Source: a virus
Reading direction: 5' to 3' (one strand)
Length of the DNA stretch: 64,000 bases
Virus record (IMG/VR): IMGVR_UViG_3300007513_001104
Shown here: positions 1 through 9,292 of the stretch, in pieces
Position numbering within the stretch: position 1 is the stretch's first letter
How the letters are laid out: every line of letters starts with the position of its first letter
Notes under the pieces: model-generated
Told to the model about the DNA's origin: nothing
What the model saw: only the letters and a program-made list of their open reading frames with translations
The model's database searches: none
Position numbers and translations under genes: made by a program

Positions 1-183
1 GCCATTCTTAATTCTTCGTTCAAGTATTTCAATTTGACTATCCTTTTTCTTTTGCCAGGCGGTCTCATTTCTATCTTTACCGTTACTCATCTTTTTAGCT
101 GTAAATTTGGAAGCTTTTAATCTTTCTAAAGCTCCTTCTCTTCTTTCCTTACGGCCAAACTTTCTATCTTTTCCGTGTCTCAT
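1..183 (-). CDS. small basic hypothetical protein (partial, runs off window)
   Basis: Read by hand: ATG at 183 gives MRHGKDRKFGRKERREGALERLKASK..., open to position 1; not in ORF track. Confidence 0.55.
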   Translation of the reverse strand, partial: MRHGKDRKFGRKERREGALERLKASKFTAKKMSNGKDRNETAWQKKKDSQIEILERRIKNG

Positions 184-283
184 CTTCTCTCCAAAAATCA
201 TTTTCAAAAGCAACTTGAATACCAACATATATCGCCGTATTGACAAGTATTAATACTAAAAACATAACCCAACCTGAAATCAT
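164..283 (-). CDS. small membrane protein (39 aa)
   Basis: Read by hand: MISGWVMFLVLILVNTAIYVGIQVAFENDFWREDETRKR; ATG overlaps the end of the upstream gene; one hydrophobic helix. Confidence 0.5.
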   Translation of the reverse strand: MISGWVMFLVLILVNTAIYVGIQVAFENDFWREDETRKR

Positions 284-951
284 TTAATAAAAACTCCTAA
301 CCAAAAATCTTTTTTATCTGACATATCAACTCCACCTGCATAAGTTTGTACAATCCAATCATCCATATTTTCTGTTCCTCCGTATCCGCCTATTGGTACC
401 ATCTCAGAAAACTCTTCTCGTTTCTTTGAATACTCATAAAATTTATCTAATTTCATAGGTGTAGTTTCTATTGCTTTAATAACATCTGCTCCCTTAGGAC
501 CACAATTAACCTGAAGAGGATATTCTATGCCTATATCAGAGTGAGCATTACCTGACATAGCCCAATCTATTTCTAATGATGTACCACTTGTTTCTTTTCT
601 TAAACTTTCCACAATTAATACCTTTGGTTTAGATATATTGATAATCTGTTCCAACAAATGAAATGGACTATGCAAATGATATAATAATCCCATACACAGA
701 ACAACATCAAATTCATGGCCGAGCCATTGTTTATAATAATCATTAGCTGTGCCATAAAAATCTGGTGTAATATCTCCACTTGGATCATATCTTATATGTG
801 GGTCTACTGTAAATAAACTGTCTGCATATTCATTAACAAGTTCTGAGTGAACACCAGTAGAAGCGCCAAATTCAATAACACTTTTATTTGATGCATACTT
901 TTCAAATACCTCTCTCAGAAAAGTAGAATACTTCATACTATATAATTCCAC
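280..951 (-). CDS. class I SAM-dependent methyltransferase
   Basis: VIEFGASTG motif I, FDVVLCMGLLYHL motif typical of Methyltransf_9/CmoB-like proteins. Confidence 0.75.
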   Translation of the reverse strand: MELYSMKYSTFLREVFEKYASNKSVIEFGASTGVHSELVNEYADSLFTVDPHIRYDPSGDITPDFYGTANDYYKQWLGHEFDVVLCMGLLYHLHSPFHLLEQIINISKPKVLIVESLRKETSGTSLEIDWAMSGNAHSDIGIEYPLQVNCGPKGADVIKAIETTPMKLDKFYEYSKKREEFSEMVPIGGYGGTENMDDWIVQTYAGGVDMSDKKDFWLGVFIK

Positions 952-1006
952 ACAAGGATTGCAATAAACGCTCCAAACAGTATATTATAAATTATAATAT
1001 CTAAAT

Positions 1007-3502
1007 TCATCCAAATAACTCCTCTAATGATGCTTGTGGCTCTGTATGCCAACCCAATGGATTTAAAATATGCTCCAAGGGATCAACAAATGCCTTTTGA
1101 AAAATTAAATCATAATCAATATATTTTTCTAAACCAAATTCTGTAGGGAGTTTTGTAACAAATGCTATCGTATTTTCCTTTAAAGGATTAGGTTCTTTTA
1201 AATACAAAAACTTAATTTTATCTCCCTCTTGGATTTTTTCATATTTTAATCCTAAATCAAGTTTACCTAAATAATGATTATATAATAATCCACCCCTAAC
1301 ATGAATAGGAGTACCTTTACCATATATGTCTGCTGTACTTCTATATTTACTCATATTATTACAACCCCTAGGGAACGCAATTAGTTCTGCTGACTTAGTG
1401 AGAAAGTCCTTTTTGGCGTCTGCTACGTAGGTTTGTAAAGTATCTTGATCGCTAGTAAGTATTAAACGTACGGCCTCCCTTAGAGACTCTCTAATTACGC
1501 CAGGAGTGCTTGATCTCACTATCTCTAAACCCATTACCTTTAATTTAGGGGCTTGTAACCGCAATCCTTCATCGTCATATACATTCAAAGCATAACGTTT
1601 CTTAGCTACAAATATGCCTTTGTCTGCTATTATCTCCCTTTTAAAATCTATTTTCTTTTCAAAAGCATTAGTATAATTAGCTAACCTTTGCATTGCCTGA
1701 TCTATTGCTGGTTCTATTTTCTCTGATGCCACCTTGTCTATTAAACTAATAACTTTTTGTCTAGACTTATCAGGGAAAAAGTTTTGAACCATATTGTCTA
1801 ATGTAACATAACAAGAATCAGTATCACTATAAAAAGAATAAGTTTTATCTTCTGTGCCACAGACTTTATTAACATACTTATCAATTTCCTTTGCTGTATC
1901 TCTAATTACTAATTGTCCTGTCATTGTAATACCTTCTGCAATTCTATCATCATAGAATCTAAAGTATTGGTTTGCCAGGGCACCATATAAACTATTTAAT
2001 TGGATCTTTCTTGCCATTTGGAAGTTATTATATTTACTAACTTCATTCTCATAAACTTTAGCTCCTGTTTCTTGGAACTTCCTCTGAGAATCTTGCATAA
2101 GTCTTTTATATCTTAATCTATCATTAAAAAACTTCTGTACTATCTCAGGAAACAGGCCTTGCTTTTCTCTTGTGTAACAAGATCCATTAGCTGCCATAGC
2201 GTAATTCTTTTCTTTTAATTTGTCTAACTTATACCTATCTAACAAATCATCTACTTTTACTTCATATTGAAAACCAGGAACAATAGTTTCTGGACTCATA
2301 TTGTATTGCATAAGTATAGAAGGATATAGACTTGTGGCATCAAAACTAGCCACCCAATCATAGCCACCTGGTACAGGCTCTTGTACATAAGCCCCTTCGA
2401 TTGTTCTCTCTTTCCTACCACCACCCTGATGTAAGACAATTTTCTTCTCCCACAAATGATTATATAATAAACTATCCCAAGTTCTAACTGCAGAATATAC
2501 ATCGTTATAATTACATTTAGCATCGTATGCCATTGTAACTGCCAGTTCAATAAGTTTCATCTTATCTTCTAACTCATCAACAAGAACTGTATCAATAATA
2601 TTATACTCTACAAATCTATTCCAATCTTTTTCATAAAACTCTTTAAATGTCTCATAACCGCTTTCAAGTTTGTTTTTACCTAACTCTGTTTCAGCAATAA
2701 AATCTAATCTATAAGATTCCCTAGTAACATAAGTAAATTTTCTATACAAATCTAAATAGTCTAAATTTGCAACACCTGTTATTTCATATGCTGTCACTTC
2801 TTTTTGCATAAACCTAACTTTTCTTTTATTAACCAAGCCAAATGGAGAAAATCTTTTATGTTCTCCTTCTCCTAATATTCTCTCTGTTCTGGATAGTAAA
2901 TATGGTATATCAAATAAATTACTATTCCAACCTGTAATAATATCTGGACAGTTTTCTTCCCACCACTCTAAAAAGGTTTTAAGAAGATTATATTCGTCTG
3001 TACAATTAATATAATCTATATCATAATCTGCTACTTCTGCTGATGGTGTAAACTCCCCAAGTCCGAAAGTTGTTATCTTCTTGGTGTTGTTGTTTTGAAG
3101 TGTGATAACTAAAACTTTCTCGCTTGGAGAGTCTACGTTAGGAAATCCACCCTCTGATGTTGTTTCAATATCAATAGAGTAGATAGCCATTTTTTTAGCA
3201 TCCCATTCGATATCTCCAGGATACTTTTCTGTTATGTATTGATAGGCATAATAGTTCTGTCCAAATATTGGAAAATTAGAAACGTCTTTATACCTATTAA
3301 AAAATTCTGTTGCTTCTTTATTAGAATCAAATTGTATAGGAGATACGGTCTCTCCATAAATGCTTTTGTATTCTGAGGGTTTGTCTGATTTGACAAATAG
3401 GGTGGGTCTAAAATTATGTCGTGATGTAAAACGTTCGCCGTTCTTTACTCCGCGAACTAGAATTTTGTCACCATAGTGACGTGCATAAGTATAAAAATTC
3501 AT
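1007..3502 (-). CDS. gp43: family B DNA polymerase (T4 gp43)
   Basis: DIET exonuclease I, SFDATSLYPS, KIQLNSLYG, YSDTDS and KKRYALNV motifs. Confidence 0.98.
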   Translation of the reverse strand: MNFYTYARHYGDKILVRGVKNGERFTSRHNFRPTLFVKSDKPSEYKSIYGETVSPIQFDSNKEATEFFNRYKDVSNFPIFGQNYYAYQYITEKYPGDIEWDAKKMAIYSIDIETTSEGGFPNVDSPSEKVLVITLQNNNTKKITTFGLGEFTPSAEVADYDIDYINCTDEYNLLKTFLEWWEENCPDIITGWNSNLFDIPYLLSRTERILGEGEHKRFSPFGLVNKRKVRFMQKEVTAYEITGVANLDYLDLYRKFTYVTRESYRLDFIAETELGKNKLESGYETFKEFYEKDWNRFVEYNIIDTVLVDELEDKMKLIELAVTMAYDAKCNYNDVYSAVRTWDSLLYNHLWEKKIVLHQGGGRKERTIEGAYVQEPVPGGYDWVASFDATSLYPSILMQYNMSPETIVPGFQYEVKVDDLLDRYKLDKLKEKNYAMAANGSCYTREKQGLFPEIVQKFFNDRLRYKRLMQDSQRKFQETGAKVYENEVSKYNNFQMARKIQLNSLYGALANQYFRFYDDRIAEGITMTGQLVIRDTAKEIDKYVNKVCGTEDKTYSFYSDTDSCYVTLDNMVQNFFPDKSRQKVISLIDKVASEKIEPAIDQAMQRLANYTNAFEKKIDFKREIIADKGIFVAKKRYALNVYDDEGLRLQAPKLKVMGLEIVRSSTPGVIRESLREAVRLILTSDQDTLQTYVADAKKDFLTKSAELIAFPRGCNNMSKYRSTADIYGKGTPIHVRGGLLYNHYLGKLDLGLKYEKIQEGDKIKFLYLKEPNPLKENTIAFVTKLPTEFGLEKYIDYDLIFQKAFVDPLEHILNPLGWHTEPQASLEELFG

Positions 3503-3530
3503 TATATATCCAACACCATAATATACTACA

Positions 3531-3560
3531 CATTATAGACTCTTACGAACCTATAATCAA
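3531..3560 (-). promoter_or_regulatory. sigma70-type promoter upstream of gp43
   Basis: TTGATT-N17-TATAAT on minus strand, 28 bp before the gp43 ATG. Confidence 0.7.
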
Positions 3561-4013
3561 CTAATCTTCTTTAAAAAAGGTACGATTAATTAAATGTTCT
3601 TCTGCTATTTCTTGTTTTGAACGTCCATGATATTTGACTGCATGATGTGTCTCAATCATATACTCATTTACGTTATGCCTATATTTAATAGGTTCAACCG
3701 GCGCACCATTAGCATCTGTTCCGCCTTCTGTTTCTTTTATAGTAATAAACTCACCGAGGATTCTTCCATATTTACCTTTTCCATCAAGCCTCGTTTTGAG
3801 TATAGCTCCATTCTTGAGTTGGTCTTTAAGGAATTCTTTAGCCATGAGTCCGAACTTTTTCTCGTCGAGGTCACGGGTCCTACTCTCGGGAGTATCAATC
3901 CCATACAAACGTACTCTCTGCTTTTTGAGCCAGACACCGAAACCGAGGTCGATATCAACATCTACTGTATCTCCGTCTACTACTCTTACAATTTTACTTC
4001 TATATTCGTACAC
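3561..4013 (-). CDS. thermonuclease (SNase-like) family nuclease
   Basis: VVDGDTVD, RVRLYGIDTPE and GKYGRILG motifs. Confidence 0.9.
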   Translation of the reverse strand: MYEYRSKIVRVVDGDTVDVDIDLGFGVWLKKQRVRLYGIDTPESRTRDLDEKKFGLMAKEFLKDQLKNGAILKTRLDGKGKYGRILGEFITIKETEGGTDANGAPVEPIKYRHNVNEYMIETHHAVKYHGRSKQEIAEEHLINRTFFKED

Positions 4014-4352
4014 TTAATTCTTAGTTATTTCGTTTAGTACCTTTTTATTTATAAAGTCTGGTTGTATAAGACCAGATCCAAACTTAGAATTATAAGCATT
4101 TAATAAATTTTTATCAGGATCGTAAACTGAAATTATATGATTAGGAAATATAGGAACTTTGTGCTGTTTTGCAAAGGGAGCGTAAGGAGCTAGGCCTACA
4201 CCAAACTCATCTTCACTACCTGGTTTAGGCATCATTAGGATAACTGCTGGTTTCTCTACAAGTAAAAATGCTTTACCATCTATTTCTGTATCTGAAACCT
4301 GCCCTATAATGTCCTCACCTGAGGTTAGTTTAATAATCTGAACGTTTGCCAT
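4014..4352 (-). CDS. conserved T4-like phage protein (Sm-like fold)
   Basis: IIKLTSGEDIIG N-terminus; usual neighbour of hsp20 in marine T4-like phages. Confidence 0.6.
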   Translation of the reverse strand: MANVQIIKLTSGEDIIGQVSDTEIDGKAFLLVEKPAVILMMPKPGSEDEFGVGLAPYAPFAKQHKVPIFPNHIISVYDPDKNLLNAYNSKFGSGLIQPDFINKKVLNEITKN

Positions 4353-4367
4353 GCTCCTTCTCCTGCA

Positions 4368-4826
4368 TTATTTAGTTTTTATTTCAATTGATTTAGGCTT
4401 TTTGGCCTCTGGTATTTCATTTACCAAAGATACTGTCAAAACCCCGTCTTTTAACTTGGCACCTTTTACTACTACGGTGTCAGCCAAAGACCAGGAGCGC
4501 GTGAATTTACGTTCAGCTATTCCTTTGTGTATAAAGTTGTCAGGTGTGCCGTCTATGCAGCCCTGAAGTTGATCTCCCTTAATAGTAAGTGTTCCATCCT
4601 CTACTGTAACATCTAGATCTTCTTCTTTGAAACCAGCAAGTGCTAGTTGTATTTCAAATTTCTCGTCATCTATTTTTTGAATGTTAAAAGGTGGAAAGTT
4701 ATTATTTACCGGCTCAAAGTCCTTTTGAAGTAAATCAAAGACTCTGTTGAATCCGATAAATTGTCTTTCTATTTGTGGGAAGGTGTGGACGAAATTGTCC
4801 CAATTCGCTGTGGTTAGTTTTACCAT
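4368..4826 (-). CDS. hsp20: small heat-shock protein Hsp20/IbpA
   Basis: FPPFNI, LALAGF, HKGIAERKFTRSW and A-x-L-x-DGVL alpha-crystallin motifs; SD AAGGAG upstream. Confidence 0.95.
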   Translation of the reverse strand: MVKLTTANWDNFVHTFPQIERQFIGFNRVFDLLQKDFEPVNNNFPPFNIQKIDDEKFEIQLALAGFKEEDLDVTVEDGTLTIKGDQLQGCIDGTPDNFIHKGIAERKFTRSWSLADTVVVKGAKLKDGVLTVSLVNEIPEAKKPKSIEIKTK

Positions 4827-4849
4827 TGTTTTCTCCTTATTAAGCGAGT

Positions 4850-5033
4850 TAAAAAATGGACACCCTTTCGGCGTGTCCTCTTAGGATGATCAGGGGGTGC
4901 AGTTTCAAAGTCTTTAGCGTTAAAACTAATTCATCTTCAGTTTTCCCCCCATCACAAACTGCTGGTCTCATTTCAATCCATCCAGTAGCGCCTGTTTAAC
5001 CAAGCATTCCTGCGTTGTTTTTCGACTTCGCAT
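4850..5033 (-). ncRNA. structured RNA leader of hsp20, candidate manA-like RNA motif
   Basis: About 190 nt GC-richer intergenic region directly after a TATAAATA promoter; several helices (GCAGTTT/AAACTGC, GGGGG/CCCCC crossing it, AAAACT/AGTTTT, GGATG/CATCC) and a GAAA-loop hairpin GGACACGCCGAAAGGGTGTCC. Confidence 0.55.
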
Positions 5034-5035
5034 TT

Positions 5036-5713
5036 TTATTTATACGCAGAAGAATTTCTAGACACCATTTTATCCCTAATTTGGTCCTCTATGGGTAAAT
5101 TTCTGAACCATAAGTTCATTGCGTACTTCTCTCCTGCTAATACCGGTTGTGCTTGATGCATTGTTTTAGGATCAGGAACCTGTGTTCCTATGACTGTATT
5201 GCTAAATACCACACATCTACCTGCTTTGGGTTTGACCCCCTTACCTAACTCTGTAAATACTGTGGCACCACCATCTGTCACATCATTACAATATAAAAGA
5301 ACCGTTGCTACTCTATTTCCTTTTGTTCCATGTGGTCCTGTGTGGGCTCGTTCTGTATTTATAGGAAAAGCATCTAAGTGGGCATCATATTCCTCTCCTA
5401 ATTCGTAATGTAATGCTTGCACATTTTCTGCTTGTGTGTGATGTAATTGTGTTAATTGAGATGCTCTCAATAAAAAGTGAACGGCTGTTACGCTTTTCCT
5501 ATAATCCAACCAGCCCATTTGATTTGTTCTTGCATAATGTTCGTAATCATCACCTTCCTTTCCTTGTGTGACTCTGCCACGAGTCCATTCAACATTATCT
5601 TCCATATCTTTTATCAGTTGCTTACATTCAGGCTTACTCATAAAATTATCCCAAACCATAATCGTTGGGTTGAATAAACTAATTACCTGTTTTAATTCTG
5701 CCATAAAATCCAC
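5036..5713 (-). CDS. 2OG-Fe(II) oxygenase, prolyl 4-hydroxylase-like
   Basis: HxD (AHLD), RVATVLLY, GGATVF and H...GEKY...WFR motifs. Confidence 0.9.
   Translation of the reverse strand: MDFMAELKQVISLFNPTIMVWDNFMSKPECKQLIKDMEDNVEWTRGRVTQGKEGDDYEHYARTNQMGWLDYRKSVTAVHFLLRASQLTQLHHTQAENVQALHYELGEEYDAHLDAFPINTERAHTGPHGTKGNRVATVLLYCNDVTDGGATVFTELGKGVKPKAGRCVVFSNTVIGTQVPDPKTMHQAQPVLAGEKYAMNLWFRNLPIEDQIRDKMVSRNSSAYK
5037..5044 (-). promoter_or_regulatory. T4-type late promoter (TATAAATA)
   Basis: Exact gp55 consensus upstream of the hsp20 leader. Confidence 0.7.
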
Positions 5714-6992
5714 CTAGTTCAGGAAAGGTTTTTATAAAATCTGTTCCCCTTCTCCTGTCATGTTCATCTACAAAGCTAACAAAATCGTTTCTTTGTACTT
5801 CTAATTCTTTTCCTTTAAATCTATTTGCTTTAATCCAATCAACTGTTCTTTTAAATTTCATTATTTCATAAGTTTGATATATATGATCGAAGTCTCGCAT
5901 AGTTTCTAAACTATTGTCTAACATACTTATAACATTATCGTCTGCAATCCTAGCAGTTAGGTGTAATGGTTCAACCATATTAGGCATATCTACTGTAATT
6001 AAATCACCATAAGTATTTTTCAATTCTGCTACTTTAAATATGAACTCATCAAAGTTAGGAATAGATAAGAAACAAAAAGTACACATGATTCCTACAGGTA
6101 TGCCTGCTGCTAAAACTCTATGTAGGTTCTGTTCAAACCTATTCATTTTTAAACCATTCCTTATATACTCTGCTTGGTCGCCCCAGCTGTCTATACTGAC
6201 ATAACATTTTTGGCCAGGCAAATCTGCAACTAACCTGATGTATTCTAAAACTCTCCTTTCAGTCACCATCAAATTTGTGCTTATTTCGAAAGATAAGTTC
6301 TCTTTAGGATGCTCTTTAACATACTCCAATAGCTTAAACGTATTATTGTCTAATAAGGGTTCTCCACCCGTCAAGCGTATAGTATTTAGGTGTGGATATG
6401 CCTCAGGCAACCACTTCCAAAACTTCTTAACGTCGGGGTTCTGTGAGGGTGCTAGAATGTCATTTCTTGTTTGATACTTATCGTGATTTGGCTTGCTTTT
6501 TAAGTCATATGTTCCATACTTGTCTAACTCCTTTTGCCATGTAGAACTCTTTCCTGCCCCACAATAACTACATGACATTTGACATTTATTAGTGAAACTA
6601 ACCGTCAAATACCTTGGCCATACATCTTCCTCAGGAGGAATTGATGCTGTTTTTGCTATTAAGTCTGGATCGTCTTTTAAAAACTGTACAGCGAGCATTT
6701 GTCTGTCGCTAAAGTTTCCTGTTTTTTCTATATTATAACAATAAGCGTCTTCTGCGGGTTTACCGCCTTCTAACATTTCTTGTCTTACTGCTTTGGTATA
6801 GGGTGTGTTGTGTAGATCGCTTTGTGAAGGGATTTTATGTTGGGGACAATGATAGCATGAATGCTTTAGTCCTTCTGCTAAACTCAATTCCAAATAATAC
6901 CACTTTAATAAACAGAATCCTGGACCTATCTCGTCCAAATCATTTTTTATTTTACTTAACCAGTATTCCTGATTATTTAATTTTCTTGCCAA
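5679..6992 (-). CDS. radical SAM protein with N-terminal Cys-rich (twitch-like) domain
   Basis: CQMSCSYC (CxxxCxxC), TGGEP; N-terminal FC...SCYHC...YC. Confidence 0.85.
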   Translation of the reverse strand: MARKLNNQEYWLSKIKNDLDEIGPGFCLLKWYYLELSLAEGLKHSCYHCPQHKIPSQSDLHNTPYTKAVRQEMLEGGKPAEDAYCYNIEKTGNFSDRQMLAVQFLKDDPDLIAKTASIPPEEDVWPRYLTVSFTNKCQMSCSYCGAGKSSTWQKELDKYGTYDLKSKPNHDKYQTRNDILAPSQNPDVKKFWKWLPEAYPHLNTIRLTGGEPLLDNNTFKLLEYVKEHPKENLSFEISTNLMVTERRVLEYIRLVADLPGQKCYVSIDSWGDQAEYIRNGLKMNRFEQNLHRVLAAGIPVGIMCTFCFLSIPNFDEFIFKVAELKNTYGDLITVDMPNMVEPLHLTARIADDNVISMLDNSLETMRDFDHIYQTYEIMKFKRTVDWIKANRFKGKELEVQRNDFVSFVDEHDRRRGTDFIKTFPELGGFYGRIKTGN

Positions 6993-7398
6993 TGTTGTAT
7001 TTGGGGATCAATTCCCACTCACCTTTTTCTTTAAATGATATAATTTTTATCTGACTTAAAGGTGCAAATTCCTTTGGCTCTGTTATTAAAACTACTAAAT
7101 CCCAATCGGATAGTAATTTAGCTATGGTGTTTCGTCTCTCTAAGTCGTTGTCTTGGAAGTCTGCCTCCTTGCCATCTAATGCAAACAATTCTTTAAAATG
7201 TGTTATAAAGTATCTGCCTTTCTTATGTAATATATGGCACGACTGATAAAGGACTTTTTCTTTTTTCGAAGCAACACCTATTCGAGATAGGGTTTCCCTG
7301 ACTTTCAGGAAATCTTCGGGGTCCTTCAAAGAAACTTCTAAGGGTGAATACCCAGGATAGTCAATGTTGAAGTAATTGTCTTGATCACTCATTCTCAA
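6973..7398 (-). CDS. regA: translational repressor RegA
   Basis: DFLKVRETLSRIGVAS, LYQSCHILHK, HFKELFALDG signature. Confidence 0.97.
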   Translation of the reverse strand: MRMSDQDNYFNIDYPGYSPLEVSLKDPEDFLKVRETLSRIGVASKKEKVLYQSCHILHKKGRYFITHFKELFALDGKEADFQDNDLERRNTIAKLLSDWDLVVLITEPKEFAPLSQIKIISFKEKGEWELIPKYNIGKKIK

Positions 7399-7438
7399 TA
7401 CGCCTTTCGTGTATCATATAAATTATTAGGTTACCAAT

Positions 7439-7446
7439 TATTTATA
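7439..7446 (-). promoter_or_regulatory. late promoter (TATAAATA) upstream of regA
   Basis: Exact consensus overlapping the gp62 stop. Confidence 0.55.
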
Positions 7447-7906
7447 CTTTACCGCCTTTAGACGTATTAAGGTATAGTTTTATAACATCAATATCAGTGT
7501 CTGATAAAAGTCTTAAAGCTTCTTTTGCTTTATTAAAACTATATCCAAAAAAGCGCTGTATCGCGTCAATGTTCTCCTCTTCAGATTTTAACCACTTATT
7601 ATATCTTTTTGCTTTTCGTACTACTTCTCTTAAGAAATCGTACTGCAATTTTTTATCTAGATGAGATCTAGAATTCATTTCATTGCCTGCAATAACTGTA
7701 TCAGGCCCCATTCCCATAGCTCTATTTACAATAAAAGCATTATATTCATTCTCAGTTCTCTCATCAACTATTAAATCTTCTTTACTAAAATTAATGGAAT
7801 TCACAAAGTCAAAAGGAGAAATCTTCTTCAATTTCTCCTGGAATTGATCTTCAACGATCTCCTCTACGGGATCGCCAAACCCTTCTAATATTGCTTTATC
7901 AACCAT
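7442..7906 (-). CDS. gp62: clamp loader small subunit (gp62)
   Basis: SPFDFVNSIN, FIVNR, NEMN, QYDF, KW.K and C-terminal KGG; synteny with regA/gp44. Confidence 0.92.
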   Translation of the reverse strand: MVDKAILEGFGDPVEEIVEDQFQEKLKKISPFDFVNSINFSKEDLIVDERTENEYNAFIVNRAMGMGPDTVIAGNEMNSRSHLDKKLQYDFLREVVRKAKRYNKWLKSEEENIDAIQRFFGYSFNKAKEALRLLSDTDIDVIKLYLNTSKGGKV

Positions 7907-7980
7907 ACTACTAATTTATAAGTGAAATAAGCTAATCCACCTATAAAAAACCAAATTGTAAAATTATAAAAAAATTCCAT
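7885..7980 (-). CDS. small membrane peptide (31 aa)
   Basis: Read by hand: MEFFYNFTIWFFIGGLAYFTYKLVVWLIKQY; ATG overlaps the upstream stop. Confidence 0.45.
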   Translation of the reverse strand: MEFFYNFTIWFFIGGLAYFTYKLVVWLIKQY

Positions 7981-8159
7981 TAATCAAATAAAGTTTCTGC
8001 TCTACAGACATTATTCCTTCTGCAAATTTCTAAATTGTGTTGAAATACTACTGGCTCAACCCACTCAAAACGGGGCATACCTTCTTCGTACCAATAAGGA
8101 ACATAATCTGTCGTACTACACCCTACTAGGAATGTTATCATTAGCAAATATCTAGTCAT
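7980..8159 (-). CDS. small lipoprotein (59 aa)
   Basis: Read by hand: MTRYLLMITFLVGC|STTDY... with LVGC lipobox; purine-rich SD upstream. Confidence 0.6.
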   Translation of the reverse strand: MTRYLLMITFLVGCSTTDYVPYWYEEGMPRFEWVEPVVFQHNLEICRRNNVCRAETLFD

Positions 8160-8177
8160 TTTGTTTCTCTCTTTCCT

Positions 8178-8351
8178 CTAATTAAATCCAAAATCATTCT
8201 CTTTACTCTCTCTGTAACTTTCGAGCAAAAGCTCTGTTATAGAAATTTTACGTTTTTTGGCTTCTGCCTTTAATTCCTTTTTTAACTCCTCAGGAACACG
8301 AATGTCTATTCTGGCAGTTGCCTTTCCTGCTTCATTATAATCTTTTGTCAT
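8178..8351 (-). CDS. ribbon-helix-helix (Arc/CopG-like) DNA-binding protein
   Basis: ARIDIRVPEELKKELKAEAKKRKISITELL pattern; likely start is the ATG at 8351 overlapping the gp44 stop (track ORF starts 8387). Confidence 0.7.
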   Translation of the reverse strand: MTKDYNEAGKATARIDIRVPEELKKELKAEAKKRKISITELLLESYRESKENDFGFN

Positions 8352-9292
8352 GCAAACTCCACATTTGCCATAATTTCTGTCAAACATGCAGTAAGGTTAA
8401 TTTCCTGATCTGCCACAAATGCCGCTTTATACTGATAATCGGCTATTAACAGAACTAGCTGTGGAATTGACTTAATCTCAGGTAATAGAATATCATATAT
8501 CTGTCTAAATATACCCTGAGGGTCAGTATCCACATTATTGGCTACCCACTGCCTCATCTTCTTCCAATTCTTCTCCCTTAGGCTCTCTATGAGCTGCTTA
8601 GCGTTGATTTCTTGGAAGTTACTTAATACACCCTCATCTATTTTTCCTGCTACGGAGTACCTTTGTAGCTCATTTATGACCCTTCTATAGTCAGGAAAAT
8701 ACTTCATTAGGAGCTCCGCTAACACTTTCTCAGAGTAGTCTATTCCTTCATTACTAAGGATATACTGCATCCTTTGTAAGAACTTAGCAGCGAGCTGAGG
8801 ACGATCTGAGGGTGCTATCTTAAAGTCCACTACCGTTGTTCTACTATGTAACGGTGTTATAATCCTATTTATATAGTTACAAGTAAATATGAACCTACAA
8901 TTCGACGAAAACGTTTCTATAAACGCCCGTAATGCTGGTTGAACACTCTCTCTGTTCAAATAGTCAGCCTCATCAAGTATAACTACCTTGGTTTTACCCT
9001 CAAAGGATACTGCTGATGCAAAGTTGCGTATCTTAGTTCTAAGTGTATCTATTTGTCTACCCTCATCACTACCATTAATAATAATGTAGTCACATCCTAG
9101 TTCTTCACATAATGCACGCGCGAGGGTTGTTTTGCCTGTACCTGCTGATCCAGACAATAGTAAGTTAGGTATCTCCTTTTTAGTAATAAACTGCTGAAAT
9201 GTAGTTTTTACTTCATCAGGCAATATACAGTCCTCTATACTATGTGGACGATATTTTTCTACCCATAAAAATTGTTGTGGTTCCATATTCAT
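8348..9292 (-). CDS. gp44: clamp loader large subunit (gp44)
   Basis: LWVEKYRP, Walker A GSAGTGKT, DEAD, CRFIFTCN. Confidence 0.97.
   Translation of the reverse strand: MNMEPQQFLWVEKYRPHSIEDCILPDEVKTTFQQFITKKEIPNLLLSGSAGTGKTTLARALCEELGCDYIIINGSDEGRQIDTLRTKIRNFASAVSFEGKTKVVILDEADYLNRESVQPALRAFIETFSSNCRFIFTCNYINRIITPLHSRTTVVDFKIAPSDRPQLAAKFLQRMQYILSNEGIDYSEKVLAELLMKYFPDYRRVINELQRYSVAGKIDEGVLSNFQEINAKQLIESLREKNWKKMRQWVANNVDTDPQGIFRQIYDILLPEIKSIPQLVLLIADYQYKAAFVADQEINLTACLTEIMANVEFA

Noticed and set aside
1-183. Ribosomal protein bL17 homologue (MRHGKDRKFGR start)
   Set aside because: Resemblance is limited to the first ~11 residues and the ORF is truncated by the window
4895-4965. Hammerhead ribozyme (CTGAAGA...GAAAC with upstream GTT) in the hsp20 leader
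   Set aside because: Stem I cannot form and stem II lacks the conserved closing pair; the core matches look coincidental
4880-4990. tRNA-Sec, tmRNA or cobalamin riboswitch
   Set aside because: No cloverleaf, T-loop, CCA end, tag reading frame or B12-box could be assembled
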